Assembly (NCBI RefSeq): GCF_001194135.2
Contig: NC_068989.1
Location: 45,359,208 to 45,423,207 of the forward strand
Reading direction: 5' to 3'
Length of the DNA stretch: 64,000 bases
From: Octopus bimaculoides
Lineage: Eukaryota
Positions 12,931-25,889 of this stretch are shown here, piece by piece. The position numbers and the translations under genes are program-made. The notes beneath the pieces are model-generated. The model did not search any database and had not been told where the DNA came from. It saw nothing but the letters and a program-made list of their open reading frames with translations. How positions within the stretch are numbered: the stretch's first letter is position 1; the number at the start of each line of letters is the position of its first letter.

Positions 12931-13867
12931 GTTGTGCTTATGGTGGATGTATGTGTGTGTGTGTATTAGTGATTGAATATTGGTTTGTGTGTATTCGTGC
13001 GTGTGCGTCTATCTAGTCCCTGTTTTACCCTTCCTTATCTCCTTTCTTCCCTCTCCCTCTATATTTTAAGTATTGTTGTTGCTGATGTTATTGAAGTTGC
13101 TGTTATTGTTTGTGGTGGCATTGGTGGTATACAAATATTTTCAATTCATAGTTGTGGTTGTTGTAGTTGTTCTTATTGTATATATGATTCCTGTACATGA
13201 TGTCGCCATCGCTGTAGTTGTCACAGTTGTCATTGCTCTTCACTTATTCTCAGTGGGAACCAAGTTACTCCAGATACCGTTAAAACAAAAGAAGAAACGA
13301 AATGAAAGTACAGTATCAGGATTATATATAGTTCCATAAAATGAAATAAAATTTTATACGCCATTTTCAAAATAATAATAATTTATATCCTAAACCACAC
13401 GATCCCAGTTTCGGTCCGAGTGCACGGCATCTTGAGTAAATATGGAACTCTTTAACCTCGGTTGAACCATATATTGAAGAGCAAAAGACGCAAAATAAAA
13501 CTGTATAGAATCACATTGTATTGTACCTGTAATTCAACCAATGTTACGTTGTTGGCAACTCAGAATTTACGTTCCCCGCAAAGTTAAGGGTACAAGTTTC
13601 GATGGAATATTCAACACCATAATCGTTAATTGAATGAGCAAGGAAATTCGGTAGACCGACCAACAAAATATTCACTTTCTAACAGCAAATATCAGCCACA
13701 TGTGATATATATATACATGTGGTTGGCGGTGAGTTAGTTGGCCGAAACTTCGAAGTCACTGTCAGTAATATTCAACTTTGGGAATATTAACGGTATTATA
13801 CAATAGTACAGAGTAAGCCATCAGATCAATGTAAAATTGTTTAAGAGAACGGAAAAATAAACATTGA

Positions 13868-13868
13868 C

Positions 13869-13921
<53 letters not shown>
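13868..13921. repeat. (AGAT)n microsatellite
   Basis: About 13 AGAT units. Confidence 0.95.
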
Positions 13922-13956
13922 CACACACGCACACATATATATATATACACATAAAA

Positions 13957-14026
<70 letters not shown>

Positions 14027-14876
14027 AATATATGAGTATATGCATATATATGTACATGTATGTACATACCTTCATCTACATGTACATATAGATACATAAC
14101 TGGGTACATGACGTGGCAAAAGAACATGGACAAAATAATAAACAACATACATATCTATATATACACACATATATATATATACATGCACACACGCACACAT
14201 GTATAGCGTGTTAGGTGTGTTGAGAGAAAAGGTCGCCAGAATTTTGGAAAAAATCTTTTTATTTCCTCACTATTATTAGTGCTTTCGTTCGTTTCTCGAA
14301 CTTGTCAAATAGAATTTTGTGAATGAACAAACAGCTTGTTCATTTATAGAAACCATGTTATTTTTGGTTTTGTTTACACGAGAACGTTGTTTTTGTTCTT
14401 TTGGGTGAGGTTCCATAACAATGGAGATAGATAGATAGATAGATAGATAGATAGGGGAGAGGAGAGGGAAGGGGATTCCCCTTCCTATTCACCATTCATT
14501 TATTCATTTAGTCATTTATTATTGTAGTGAAATGGGTTAAGGAGTGTGAAAAAAATAACAGGTGTGGTGTAATCATCACTAAAATACTTTTTGATTTCTT
14601 TCTCTCTTTTTCCCCTTCTTTCCTTCTGTCTTTTCCCTTTTATTCCTTTTTTCTTTTTTCTCCTCTTTCCTTCTTTTTCTCTTTCTTTCTGTTTCTCCTC
14701 TTTGAGTTATATTTAGAATACAAAATGTATTGTTTCCGCTTTTCTTTCAAACATTCAATTTTGAAGAGAATTTTTTGATCAAATGTAGTTCCATTACTTT
14801 TCGGTATTGCGGATCGTACCGTATACATTTGTAAAAAGGAAATATTTTGAATTTTCCTTCGCTCCATATTTCCAGA

Positions 14877-14911
<35 letters not shown>

Positions 14912-16177
14912 ATATTTTTTTAACATTTTTTATTATTCTCAAAGACTTTTGATAATCTTTTTCTAAAAAAGTGAAACCGGTTAAGTAAATAAATATTTTT
15001 TAAAAATAAGTGCATTTTCAAACTTTCTTTCATATATATNNNNNNNNNNNNNNNNNNNNNNNNNNNNNNNNNNNNNNNNNNNNNNNNNNNNNNNNNNNNN
15101 NNNNNNNNNNNNNNNNNNNNNNNNNNNNNNNNNNNNNNNNNNNNNNNNNNNNNNNNNNNNNNNNNNNNNNNNNNNNNNNNNNNNNNNNNNNNNNNNNNNN
15201 NNNNNNNNNNNNNNNNNNNNNNNNNNNNNNNNNNNNNNNNNNNNNNNNNNNNNNNNNNNNNNNNNNNNNNNNNNNNNNNNNNNNNNNNNNNNNNNNNNNN
15301 NNNNNNNNNNNNNNNNNNNNNNNNNNNNNNNNNNNNNNNNNNNNNNNNNNNNNNNNNNNNNNNNNNNNNNNNNNNNNNNNNNNNNNNNNNNNNNNNNNNN
15401 NNNNNNNNNNNNNNNNNNNNNNNNNNNNNNNNNNNNNNNNNNNNNNNNNNNNNNNNNNNNNNNNNNNNNNNNNNNNNNNNNNNNNNNNNNNNNNNNNNNN
15501 NNNNNNNNNNNNNNNNNNNNNNNNNNNNNNNNNNNNNNNNNNNNNNNNNNNNNNNNNNNNNNNNNNNNNNNNNNNNNNNNNNNNNNNNNNNNNNNNNNNN
15601 NNNNNNNNNNNNNNNNNNNNNNNNNNNNNNNNNNNNNNNNNNNNNNNNNNNNNNNNNNNNNNNNNNNNNNNNNNNNNNNNNNNNNNNNNNNNNNNNNNNN
15701 NNNNNNNNNNNNNNNNNNNNNNNNNNNNNNNNNNNNNNNNNNTATATATATATATATATATATATATATGTGCATATATATATATATGTACATAAACAAA
15801 TCTGTGAGTATATGACTATGGTATTATATTCATGTGGGTTTGCTTCTGTCTGTGTGTTTGTGTGTGCATGCATAATTATACAAAATACGAATCATTTACG
15901 GCGTCTGAGATGTGAAAAACCTAAATGCACCACGCTATTCTATACCTTACGTTATTTAATCTGCCTGATTCAAGTGTTGGCATATATATTTATATATTTG
16001 CGTGTGTGCATGCAGACACAAAGATACACGCATATATATATGTAACAGAGATCCAAATATACATACATGTATACATANNNNNNNNNNNNNNNNNNNNNNN
16101 NNNNNNNNNNNNNNNNNNNNNNNNNNNNNNNNNNNNNNNNNNNNNNNNNNNNNNNNNNNNNNNNNNNNNNNNNNNNN

Positions 16178-16222
<45 letters not shown>

Positions 16223-16789
16223 GGTTAACCATGAAACTACTGATGCATCGCACACGATATACATCCCTTACAAAAGAGATATTTTAATGTCTTATAATTT
16301 GAGAAGGAGCGGGAGAGAAAGCAGTGTACATAACCATTTACGGGGCTCGATGATTAATTGGAAGTGGGTAGGATGTGATCGTGAAACCGGATACTTGACC
16401 CGCATCCTTTGTGAGGGAATAGGATTCTCTAAAGCACTCAGAGTGAAGAGGATGGTAGTGTTAAAAAACATGACAAATTAAATCTACCACCCGAGTAAGC
16501 CATGGCAAGATTCGAAGCAAGAACGCAACAAGCCATAATAAATATTGCAAGATATCCCCTTTAATTTTTTTTATAATTCCGTCAATCCAACACGTAGGCC
16601 TAGTAGTTTCTCTTTTTTTTTTTATCACCTCCGAAAGTATGAAAAAAAAATTTGACATTGACGATATTTGAACTCAAAGCACTTAGATTAACAAATACTA
16701 TGCTGTGTTTTATACAACGCTCTAACACCTACGCTAGTTTGCACCTCGACACGCTATTAATTTCCATAGCCGTGCAACTGGCAAGAAAC

Positions 16790-17110
16790 TGGCCCTACGT
16801 CGGTTTCGACGAGGAGTGTTCCAGTTGATCCGACCAACGGAACAGCTGGCTCGGAGAACTAACTTTCCAGTGGCTGAACACCCCATTGGCACTCGTACCC
16901 TTAACGTAGTTCTCAGGCAGATTCAGCATGACAAGGAATATGACAAGGCTGGTCCCTTTGAAATACAAGTACTACTCATTTTTGCCAGCTGAGTGGACTG
17001 CAGCAACTTGAAATAAAGTGTGTCACTCAAGGACACAAAGCGCCGCCGGTAAACGAACTCACAACCTTACAATCGTGAGCCTATTACTCTAACTACTAAG
17101 CCACGCGCCT
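16790..17110 (-). mobile_element. SINE family C copy
   Basis: gttccagttgatccgaccaacggaacag..aaagtgtgtcactcaaggacacaa..gaactcacaacc..ctaactactaagccacgcgcc is the reverse complement of the 11801 pattern. Confidence 0.75.
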
Positions 17111-17800
17111 TCACTAGCAGCAATGCGCTAAAATCATTAGCTCATAGAGAAGCGAGTATTTTCTCTTTACTCGCCAGCCGTGTACCGTTTCTACATAAAA
17201 GTATTAGATATACTCCTTTCATCTCTTCCGTTCACTTCTATATTGTTTCACCTCCCAACTCCATACTTTACATTTAGCCATCTGCTTGTCTTGCATTTCA
17301 ACTATTAATTTTATGTATCTTGTAATTCCCATAATCATGGAAGGTAATATATTATCTGATTTGCTAAAAACACGTGGTGTTAGCAGTGATTTCCTCTACG
17401 TTGTCACAGGTGTCGACTTGTAATTATCGTCAGAGTACAGCTAAGTTGCAATAAATGACATAAATTTGGAATTCTGTTAAAGAACACTTGGGAAAATAAC
17501 GTAATCTTTTCTGTAATTGCTCCTGCTTTAATTTACGTAGAGACAAAGTAGATATCTGGAAAATATAGAATGAATGTAATAGGATAATTTTCATATTTTC
17601 TTACATTTAGATATATCTATACACACGTGCCAATATTACATTATTAAACGCATACTTTCGTCCGGCTGAAAAAGGCAGCCAAAGTAACACGAATATTCGA
17701 AGTCGCTGTTAACATTTTCCTTGTAAAAGTACATACTGTGCTCAAAGGGTTTGAGTGAATATCGTAATAAAGTTTGATTTGAGGAAAGAAAAGCCTTAAA

Positions 17801-17851
<51 letters not shown>

Positions 17852-18314
17852 CATTTAGTAGTAGATTTATTCGGTGATGCAACGGGTACTGAATCAGAGA
17901 ATAATGAGACTGAAAAGTGTGCTTCGAGACAGGAAATGCAGCAATTTGCCCACATGCAGAGATCGCGCTTGTTGGTCCGTACAGTCATATATCACAGTAT
18001 CACAATATGGNNNNNNNNNNNNNNNNNNNNNNNNNNNNNNNNNNNNNNNNNNNNNNNNNNNNNNNNNNNNNNNNNNNNNNNNNNNNNNNNNNNNNNNNNN
18101 NNNNNNNNNNNNNNNNNNNNNNNNNNNNNNNNNNNNNNNNNNNNNNNNNNNNNNNNNNNNNNNNNNNNNNNNNNNNNNNNNNNNNNNNNNNNNNNNNNNN
18201 NNNNNNNNNNNNNNNNNNNNNNNNNNNNNNNNNNNNNNNNNNNNNNNNNNNNNNNNNNNNNNNNNNNNNNNNNNNNNNNNNNNNNNNNNNNNNNATATAT
18301 ATATATATACACAC

Positions 18315-19160
18315 ACAGTGTACATTTAAGCACATAAGAGAGATGTCCATAATAGGACATCTATCCTGATAGAAGGAGCAGTCAAACTCCAAACCACAAT
18401 TAGGGATAATTTCGAAAGGGAATGAAAAATAAAAACATTTACCATCTATTTCCTGAACCATGGTTTCAAGCTATTTTCAGCAAAATAAAATTGTTTGCTT
18501 GGCCAGCTACCATCAAAAGAAAAGCCAAGATTAACATATAAACACAAGGCAATACATAGAACATGCCTCGTGCTATATGTTATAATTTTTCATATCTACC
18601 ACGCAAATACAAAAATGCCGATTTTCTTCCAGAAAATAGCCAAAATGTCATTATATCATTATTAATAAATTTAATAATAGGGATGTTTAAATGTACACTG
18701 TATGTATTTATAGGAATAATATATAGTCTATTGACTAGCTTTTCTTTTCGCTAGACCACTGGGAGCAAAAAGAATTTCTAATTTTTTTTGCTACCCTGAA
18801 ATTTATTAATAATGATATAATGACTTTTTGGCTAATTTCTGGAAGAAAATCGGCATTTTTTGTATATGCTGCCCATAAGAAAACCGCACATGCGCGATAG
18901 ATATGAAAAATTATAACATATAGTCACGAGGCATGTTCTATATATTGCCTCGTGTTTATATGTTAATCTTAGCTTTCCTGCTGACGATAGATAGCTCCTT
19001 CTATCGGGTTAGATGTCCGATTATGGACATCTCTCTTATGTGTTTAAATGTACACTGTATGTATTTATATGAATAATATATAGTCTATTTACTGTTTTTT
19101 TTCTTCTCCCTAGACCACTGGTAGCAAAAAGAATTTCTAAGTTTTTTTGCTACCCTGAAA

Positions 19161-19163
<3 letters not shown>
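18315..19163. repeat. Inverted-plus-direct repeat complex (X-inverted, C, X, C)
   Basis: 18315-18379 and 18521-18672 are inverted copies of 18994-19058 and 18799-18976; the ~122-bp block C occurs directly at 18684-18804 and 19041-19163. Confidence 0.9.
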
Positions 19164-19199
<36 letters not shown>

Positions 19200-19873
19200 N
19201 NNNNNNNNNNNNNNNNNNNNNNNNNNNNNNNNNNNNNNNNNNNNNNNNNNNNNNNNNNNNNNNNNNNNNNNNNNNNNNNNNNNNNNNNNNNNNNNNNNNN
19301 NNNNNNNNNNNNNNNNNNNNNNNNNNATATATACGAAAGGGGATCTCTTTTTCTGTCTACTTCCTTGTTAAAGAAAAGACGTGCCTTTTCCTGTCTCCTC
19401 ATGGCTCGTCTACCTAACGCTCATAATAATTTTTCTATCGTCTTGGCTCAACAGCCCTCACCGCTTGTTTTTACTGTCTTGTCCTCACTGTTCTCTTCTT
19501 GTTAACACTTTCACCCTCCGCAAAAATCCCAAATTTTATTTAATTTGCTTTGCAGGAAGGACTGTTTCAACGAAGCAGCGTATTGTCCTTACCTTCGAAA
19601 TGCGGAGGAGATAAAACAGGGACAACTGACGAAGGGGTATACTCTTTATGTTGCATGTCTCGTTTCTCTGTTTTTTTTCGTTGTTCGAAAGAAGTTCGTT
19701 TTCTATGACTTCGTTTCTCATTGTGTTTAACGTTTTTCTTTATGTCCTATACCCATATATGCATGTATGTATACATATAGATGTAGGTATGTACATATAT
19801 GTATGGATATATGCATATATTTATATATATTATTTATATTATATGCTTATATACATACATATATACATATATA

Positions 19874-20680
19874 TAAATTCAATAATAGGATGAATTCTTT
19901 TACAAGAATTTATCAAGTAGCTAGCGTGAAAAAAACCTCATAATGGAAAAAATCCATAATTTATTCCCAAAATATATTTAGCTATATAAGGGCATTACTA
20001 TACAAGAATGCCTCACGCTATGAGGGACTCTAAGGTCAGACTACTATAAAAACCCATTTTTACCAAACGCGAGGAAATGCAAATCTTAAAGCCAGGCCCT
20101 TAAAAACAAACTGAATTACAGATCATGATTTTGTAGGTATTGTAGTATTATACAACTTCTACTCGTCAGTATAATATCGTTAAGATAAATAGAGGTAAAC
20201 AGAAAATCAACATACCAAACGAACATCGTGTATCCAGCATAGTACATAGAAGACTGTTTATCGTTATTCACCTATGTAAGTGGCGGGAATTTCGAATTGC
20301 ATCTCGGTACATGTGGTTTTCTTTTTTTTTTCAGAATAAATTCAGCACTGAATATATTCTGGTTATATATTTAAATTCAATAATAGCATGTATTCTTTTA
20401 CAAGAATTTATCAAGTCGCTAGCGTGAAAAATACTTCATAGGGGGGAAAAATCCATCATTTATTCCCAAAATATATTTATTTATATATTCAGTGCTGAAT
20501 TTATTCTGAAAAAAAACCCCACATGTACCGAGATGCAATTCGAATTTCCCGCCACTTACATAGGTGAATAGCGATAAACAGTCTTTTATGTACTATGCTG
20601 GATACACGATGTTCGTTTGGTATGTTGATTTTCTGTTTACCTCTATTTATCTTGACGATATTATACTGCCCTTATATAAA
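19874..20680. repeat. Inverted-plus-direct repeat complex (D, Y, D, Y-inverted) attached to the pLTR-like repeat
   Basis: D at 19874-19980 and 20372-20479; ~190-bp inverted arms at 20167-20356 and 20484-20668. Confidence 0.9.
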
Positions 20681-20683
20681 TAT

Positions 20684-20730
<47 letters not shown>

Positions 20731-22104
20731 TACATATTTTATTCAGACCGTCTTTTATTCACTTAACACAATACACAAACACACATACACACACTGAGAC
20801 ACACACCCATGCTCACACACACAGCTGAACAGAAATTTGCTATTCATTTCTAAAGAATTCTTTTCAATTCAATAGGAATTCTGACACTTGACCTCTTGAA
20901 CCCCATTCCAGACCCCTTCATAGACAACATATAAAAGAAAAAAAACTTCAAGATAAAATTCCAGACATGTTATTAGTTACGCACTAAGTATGTGAACAAA
21001 CTGTCTTTAATTTCCAATTTTCTCCTATAACGTAATTTTTTCTGATTTCGAAACTTTTGACTTCGAATTTTTAATATTTGGTAAAACGGTCATGCACATC
21101 GAAACAGGTAATATTCATAAAAGTCACTTAATGTAACTAATATACAAAAATCTTTAAACATATTTTCGTGCAGTTTCCACTTTTACTAATTTTTAACTAT
21201 AAGCTTTGATTTGTATGGATTCTTAACCCTTTTCCAACTACACACACACACATAATACAGATTAAATGTATATTTCTTAAACGAAAATGTACGACACTTA
21301 GCGTTACATATGTACTGAAAAGTGCTACAATTATGTAATGAATCATCGCGTTAAATAATTTCTTAAATATATCATTCAACTAATACCGTAGTTAAATAAT
21401 ATTCTTGAGGCCGCAATTTACTCACACGCGGCATCTTTCAGAGATTGTCGCTAATTCAGTTCTTAACCAATTTTGAAGAGGACTGGTCCCTAGCTACATT
21501 TTGGCATAAAAAATTGAGATTTGATTTAATAGAAAAAGTTTACATCAAAATTTGTAGCAACGTTATAGGAGAGTAAGTAATGCCACCAATCAAGTTTAAA
21601 TCTAAATAACTTTTTTTTATTTTAAAAGCAAAATATATTTATCTTAGCTTCAATGAAAGAAGAAAGCATGAAGAATTGAATCTCATAGTTTTGCTCCATT
21701 GCAACAAAAATTTGCATAAAAAATGCTGTGAGGTAAATTATTATAAAAAAAAATATATATTAGTAAGGCAAAAAATTGGATTTAAGTATAATTAACTTTT
21801 GTATTTTAAAAACAAACTATATTTTAATTAAGCGTAAAGGCTAGAACTCAATTCGAGGAATTTCATGGATCGATCTCGTGCAATGAAGTTCTAAAAGAAA
21901 AATGCAGTTATGAGTGTTTGTTTCTTAAATTGGAGTGTGATAATATAGTTTTATACTTTTTATGAATATATTTGTATAAGGGGACTTTTAATATGAGTCA
22001 CCGTCGTCTTTGAGGTAAAGAAAAAAAATTATCAACGACACCGCTAATTAACACATTTTACGCATAGTAGCATAACCTGGGGATAACATAGATTACATAG
22101 AAAA

Positions 22105-22952
22105 ATGCGAGCGAGAGAAATAACATTCTTAAGATTACAAACCTGGAAAATTACAGGACAAGTTATTACACTTGGAAAAGTTCAGGACAACTTATTACAT
22201 CTGGTAAAGTACAGAACAAGAAAATTTTTGCAGATAAGAATAAAATTTGAATATTAAAAATTATTTGATTTTAATTTACAAAGTAACAATATAATTAAAA
22301 GAAGGCACCATCATTTTGTTAAAATATTGACACACTAGAATACTTAAAAAATGAGAGCCACAAGTACCAATATAGCTAAAGTTTTATGCAAAGTAGAATA
22401 GTATATATGGTCGGCAAATTAATTATGTAAAAATTAGGCATTGGGTCAAGACTAAAAATGTGAAGATTTGGCAAGAACTTATGCAATAACTCAAGCAAAT
22501 TTTACTTTGAAGTTAGTGTTATAGGTAGATTTTACTGTAGTATATAACTAATTTTTGTATTATTCTATTTATTGTACTATCTAATTAAGTACTGCTATTA
22601 CTTTTATAACTTATTTTCAAATTTCTCATTATGAATTAATAATTTTAAAAAATTAATTTTTGGAAAGTGCGAAATATATTTTAATTGAGTGATTTTTTAA
22701 ATTTTTAATAGAAGTAACAAATAGAAGTAATAACTTGTAATAAGATTTTAGTTTTAATATAATCTATTATTTTCTAAATCTAAATATTTCATTTGAAATT
22801 TTATCCCTAGCTGTAATATTTTAAGTAAAAGTTTTCTTGTTCTGTACTTTACCAGATGTAATAAGTTGTCCTGAACTTTTCTAAGTGAAGTAACTTGTTC
22901 TGTAATTTTCCAGGTTTATAATCTTAAGAATATTATTTCTGTTGCTCACATT
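22105..22952. mobile_element. Foldback-like non-autonomous element; ~125-bp inverted arms containing ~29-bp subrepeats
   Basis: Left arm ctggaaaattacaggacaagttattacac / ttggaaaagttcaggacaacttattacat / ctggtaaagtacagaacaag (22105-22230) is inverted at 22830-22952; AT-rich non-coding interior. Confidence 0.7.
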
Positions 22953-23660
22953 TTGCTATCCTAAATATTTTTGACACAGACACACACGCTAAGGTATGTG
23001 TTTAAAATCTATAATTGTTATATGTAAACCACCCGGTTTGATATTATCACTTTGTTGTTACGTATCATTTACTGAATTTCGTTTCTGGTATGAGAAAAAG
23101 TTGTTTCCTCCTTCGCGCAAGGCCTTGAGAAAAATAAGCTCGTATGTGCTGCTGTCCTATCCCTATCTAACCAATAAAAAATGAAATACCACTGGCTAAG
23201 CTTCGAAAATGTTTAGTACATTTTCACAATTCTATTACTGGACTTGGTTGGTAAAAATTTTTCAACATGAGACAATATATTAAACCATTTCCCCCAGCTT
23301 TTTATGTTCTGCGGTCAACTTTTTCTTTCATCCGGATTTTTATGCTTGAGGTCAACTTCTCGTTTCATCCTCTCGTGGTCGGTAAAATAAAAAAAAAACA
23401 GTCAAATACTGGGATCGACGAAATCGACTATTACCTTACCCTCAAAAATTTTGACTTTTTTCTGAAATCAGGAACCGTTATTGATAACTCTTTGTTCAAT
23501 TATTTATTTATTTATTTTAGCCATCTCTTGTCCGTTTGGCAAATCTCAGTGTCCCAAGACCAATACTCAGGCAGTTCCATAACTAAAGATTTTAATAATC
23601 GCAGCTATTCTCATTAGTAAATCGGTAGCCGTTTTCGTCTTTGATATTTTAACGACTGTT

Positions 23661-23995
23661 AAGGCGATGACCCGGCATTGTCGTCAGCACGTTGGGTAAA
23701 ATACTTAGCGGCTTTTCGTTCGTCTTTACATTCTGCGTTCAAATTCCGCCGAGGACACCTTGCCGTCCATCATTTACAGGTCAATAAAATGAGTTCTTGG
23801 CTCAATGTAATCGACTATCTCCTCCTCCATAATTGCTAACCTTGTGCTAACATTTGAAATCAATATGTTAACGACTGTTAAGGCGGAGAGCTGGGCCAAA
23901 TGCTTTGCGGCATTTCGTCGGTCTTTGCTTTCCGAGTCCACATTCCGTCGAGGTCAACTTTGCCTTTCGGAGTTAATAAATTAAGTACTAGTTGA
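23661..23995 (+). mobile_element. Two adjacent SINE family B copies (23661-23867 and 23880-23995)
   Basis: Each begins aaggcg and carries ttcaaattccgccgagg or cattccgtcgaggtcaactttgcc; each is preceded by ttaacgactgtt. Confidence 0.8.
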
Positions 23996-25889
23996 AGACT
24001 GATTTCGAAGAACCAGTCCACTATATTATTCCTTTATACGTATAATGTAATATTATTCAATGATATTTGATCGCTGATGCGAAGTCTATTCGAAGATAAT
24101 GTTGCATTTTTGAAACGCGATTGGTGCAAAAACAAAATTTCTGTTTCTAGGCTTCCATCAGATGTCTACGAATAAGATAGTGTGGAAATAAATTCAGAGA
24201 CTTTGACGCCTGCATTTATTGAGGTTACAACAGCATAGAATGGAATTTCACTAGGTCGCTGCAGTAATCTAATATACAACATTATGAATCAAAACAATTT
24301 ACAAACATTGTTTGGTACCGATTATAAATGTATTTCATCGAATTTGTTCAAGAAATAACGAAATAAATACCCAAATTTTCTGTCCGTTTTTAACCATCCT
24401 CCCATAAATTAAACAAGAAAAGGTCTAGGAATAAAATAGATATGAAAATAAATTCGGAGACTTTGATGTATAAAATCATTGATACAAAAATACAGGGATT
24501 TACAATGTCAAAACATTTCTCTAAATAAAGTAAAATCTTTCTATCTTCCGCAGTTTCTAATTTGGTTTAAATGGTTTTCGGGGAAAATAATTAGCACGAT
24601 TAGTGTAGTAATTGGTTCACAAGCGAAAACTGTAATTTCTTTTTTTTTCTCTTTTAAGAGATTGATTTTGGTTAACTCCAAATTCTGACTATAATTGTAT
24701 TAAATATACAACTATAGATTAGAAGCTAAGATATTGGCTCTTAAGAGCTGAAGTTGACTTTGATGTCATTATATATTTATATTTTTATTTTTTTTCTAAC
24801 CACTGATTGTTACTTTATCTAGTTTACAGAACTGAGGGAAAGTTCCACTTTTCAGAGACAGAATTAAATTGAATTTGTCCAATTTAAAGAAATTAATTCT
24901 CTGTGGAACCAAATTATTCGTAAATCAGGTAATGCGTGTGTATTTATGTATTTATTATAGTTATGTTTCACTGCTTTATTGTACTTTCTCGATTGCATAC
25001 ATTTTTTTATCACTAGAAATAGCTTGATGACTTTATTGATTTTTAACTTAGGTATTCATTAAAATATTTGGTACAGTGGACAATTTCAAAATTTCATCAT
25101 ATATTCATCAACTAGCAGTAAAGTCATTACCAAGAAAAATTATTAGTTATTATTATTATTATTATTATTATTATTGTTGTTGTTGTTGTTGTTATCATTC
25201 TTATAATTATTATTATTAAACGATTTTTGTGTATCAGAATAGCGTCCCTTCGAATCGCTGGTAAGTATTTGTTATCAACTGTTTTAAAATGCTTAATGAA
25301 AAATTTGTTTACTTTTGCCAATAAACTGACCAGGATTGTAACTCATTGCTCCATTGTGTTTTGGCCTTTTGTAGCAGCACGTGATAATTTGTCATATTTG
25401 CAGCACTTAAACCCCACTTATTTTTTTAAAAAAGAAACCGTTAAAATATGGTGTTTAAATTTTCGAAGGGATACAAGAGGATGATAAATAGTATTTAGCA
25501 TGGTTAATGCGAACTTCCCATTCTCCCAACTTAACAGTGTAATCCAAAGTACCACCATCTATCTTCATCAATGCTCATGGCAAACGACAATATGACATGC
25601 AAAATACTGCTTAACACCAGGAACGAAAAAAAATCCCAAAATAAACTCCACCACCACCTCAAAATAAATTCCATGTTTCCACACGGCTATACAAGGACGT
25701 CACAATCACCACAATGTCGATTATAGCTGCTCACCCCATCAGCGTTCAAAGTGATAACAACTAACTATGTGAAAAGAACTGGCTCCTATGTCACTGTAGC
25801 AAGGACATCAGAAAAGACTGAATTAGCGACGGAAGACTTATCGCAGTCGAAAAATTTATAAACTTGCATTAGATCTCTTGTGAATCTCA

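Noticed and set aside
13693-13725. 11-bp hairpin cagccacatgt-(AT)n-acatgtggttg
   Set aside because: Too short for a pre-miRNA and the centre is a self-complementary AT repeat
20120-20175. Minus-strand CUGACGA-GUAG..CUAC-AAUAC
   Set aside because: GAAA box is replaced by AAUA and no NUH plus stem I follows
22140-22225. 29-bp repeats as a CRISPR-like array
   Set aside because: Units are contiguous with no unique spacers, are mirrored in an inverted arm, and the context is eukaryotic
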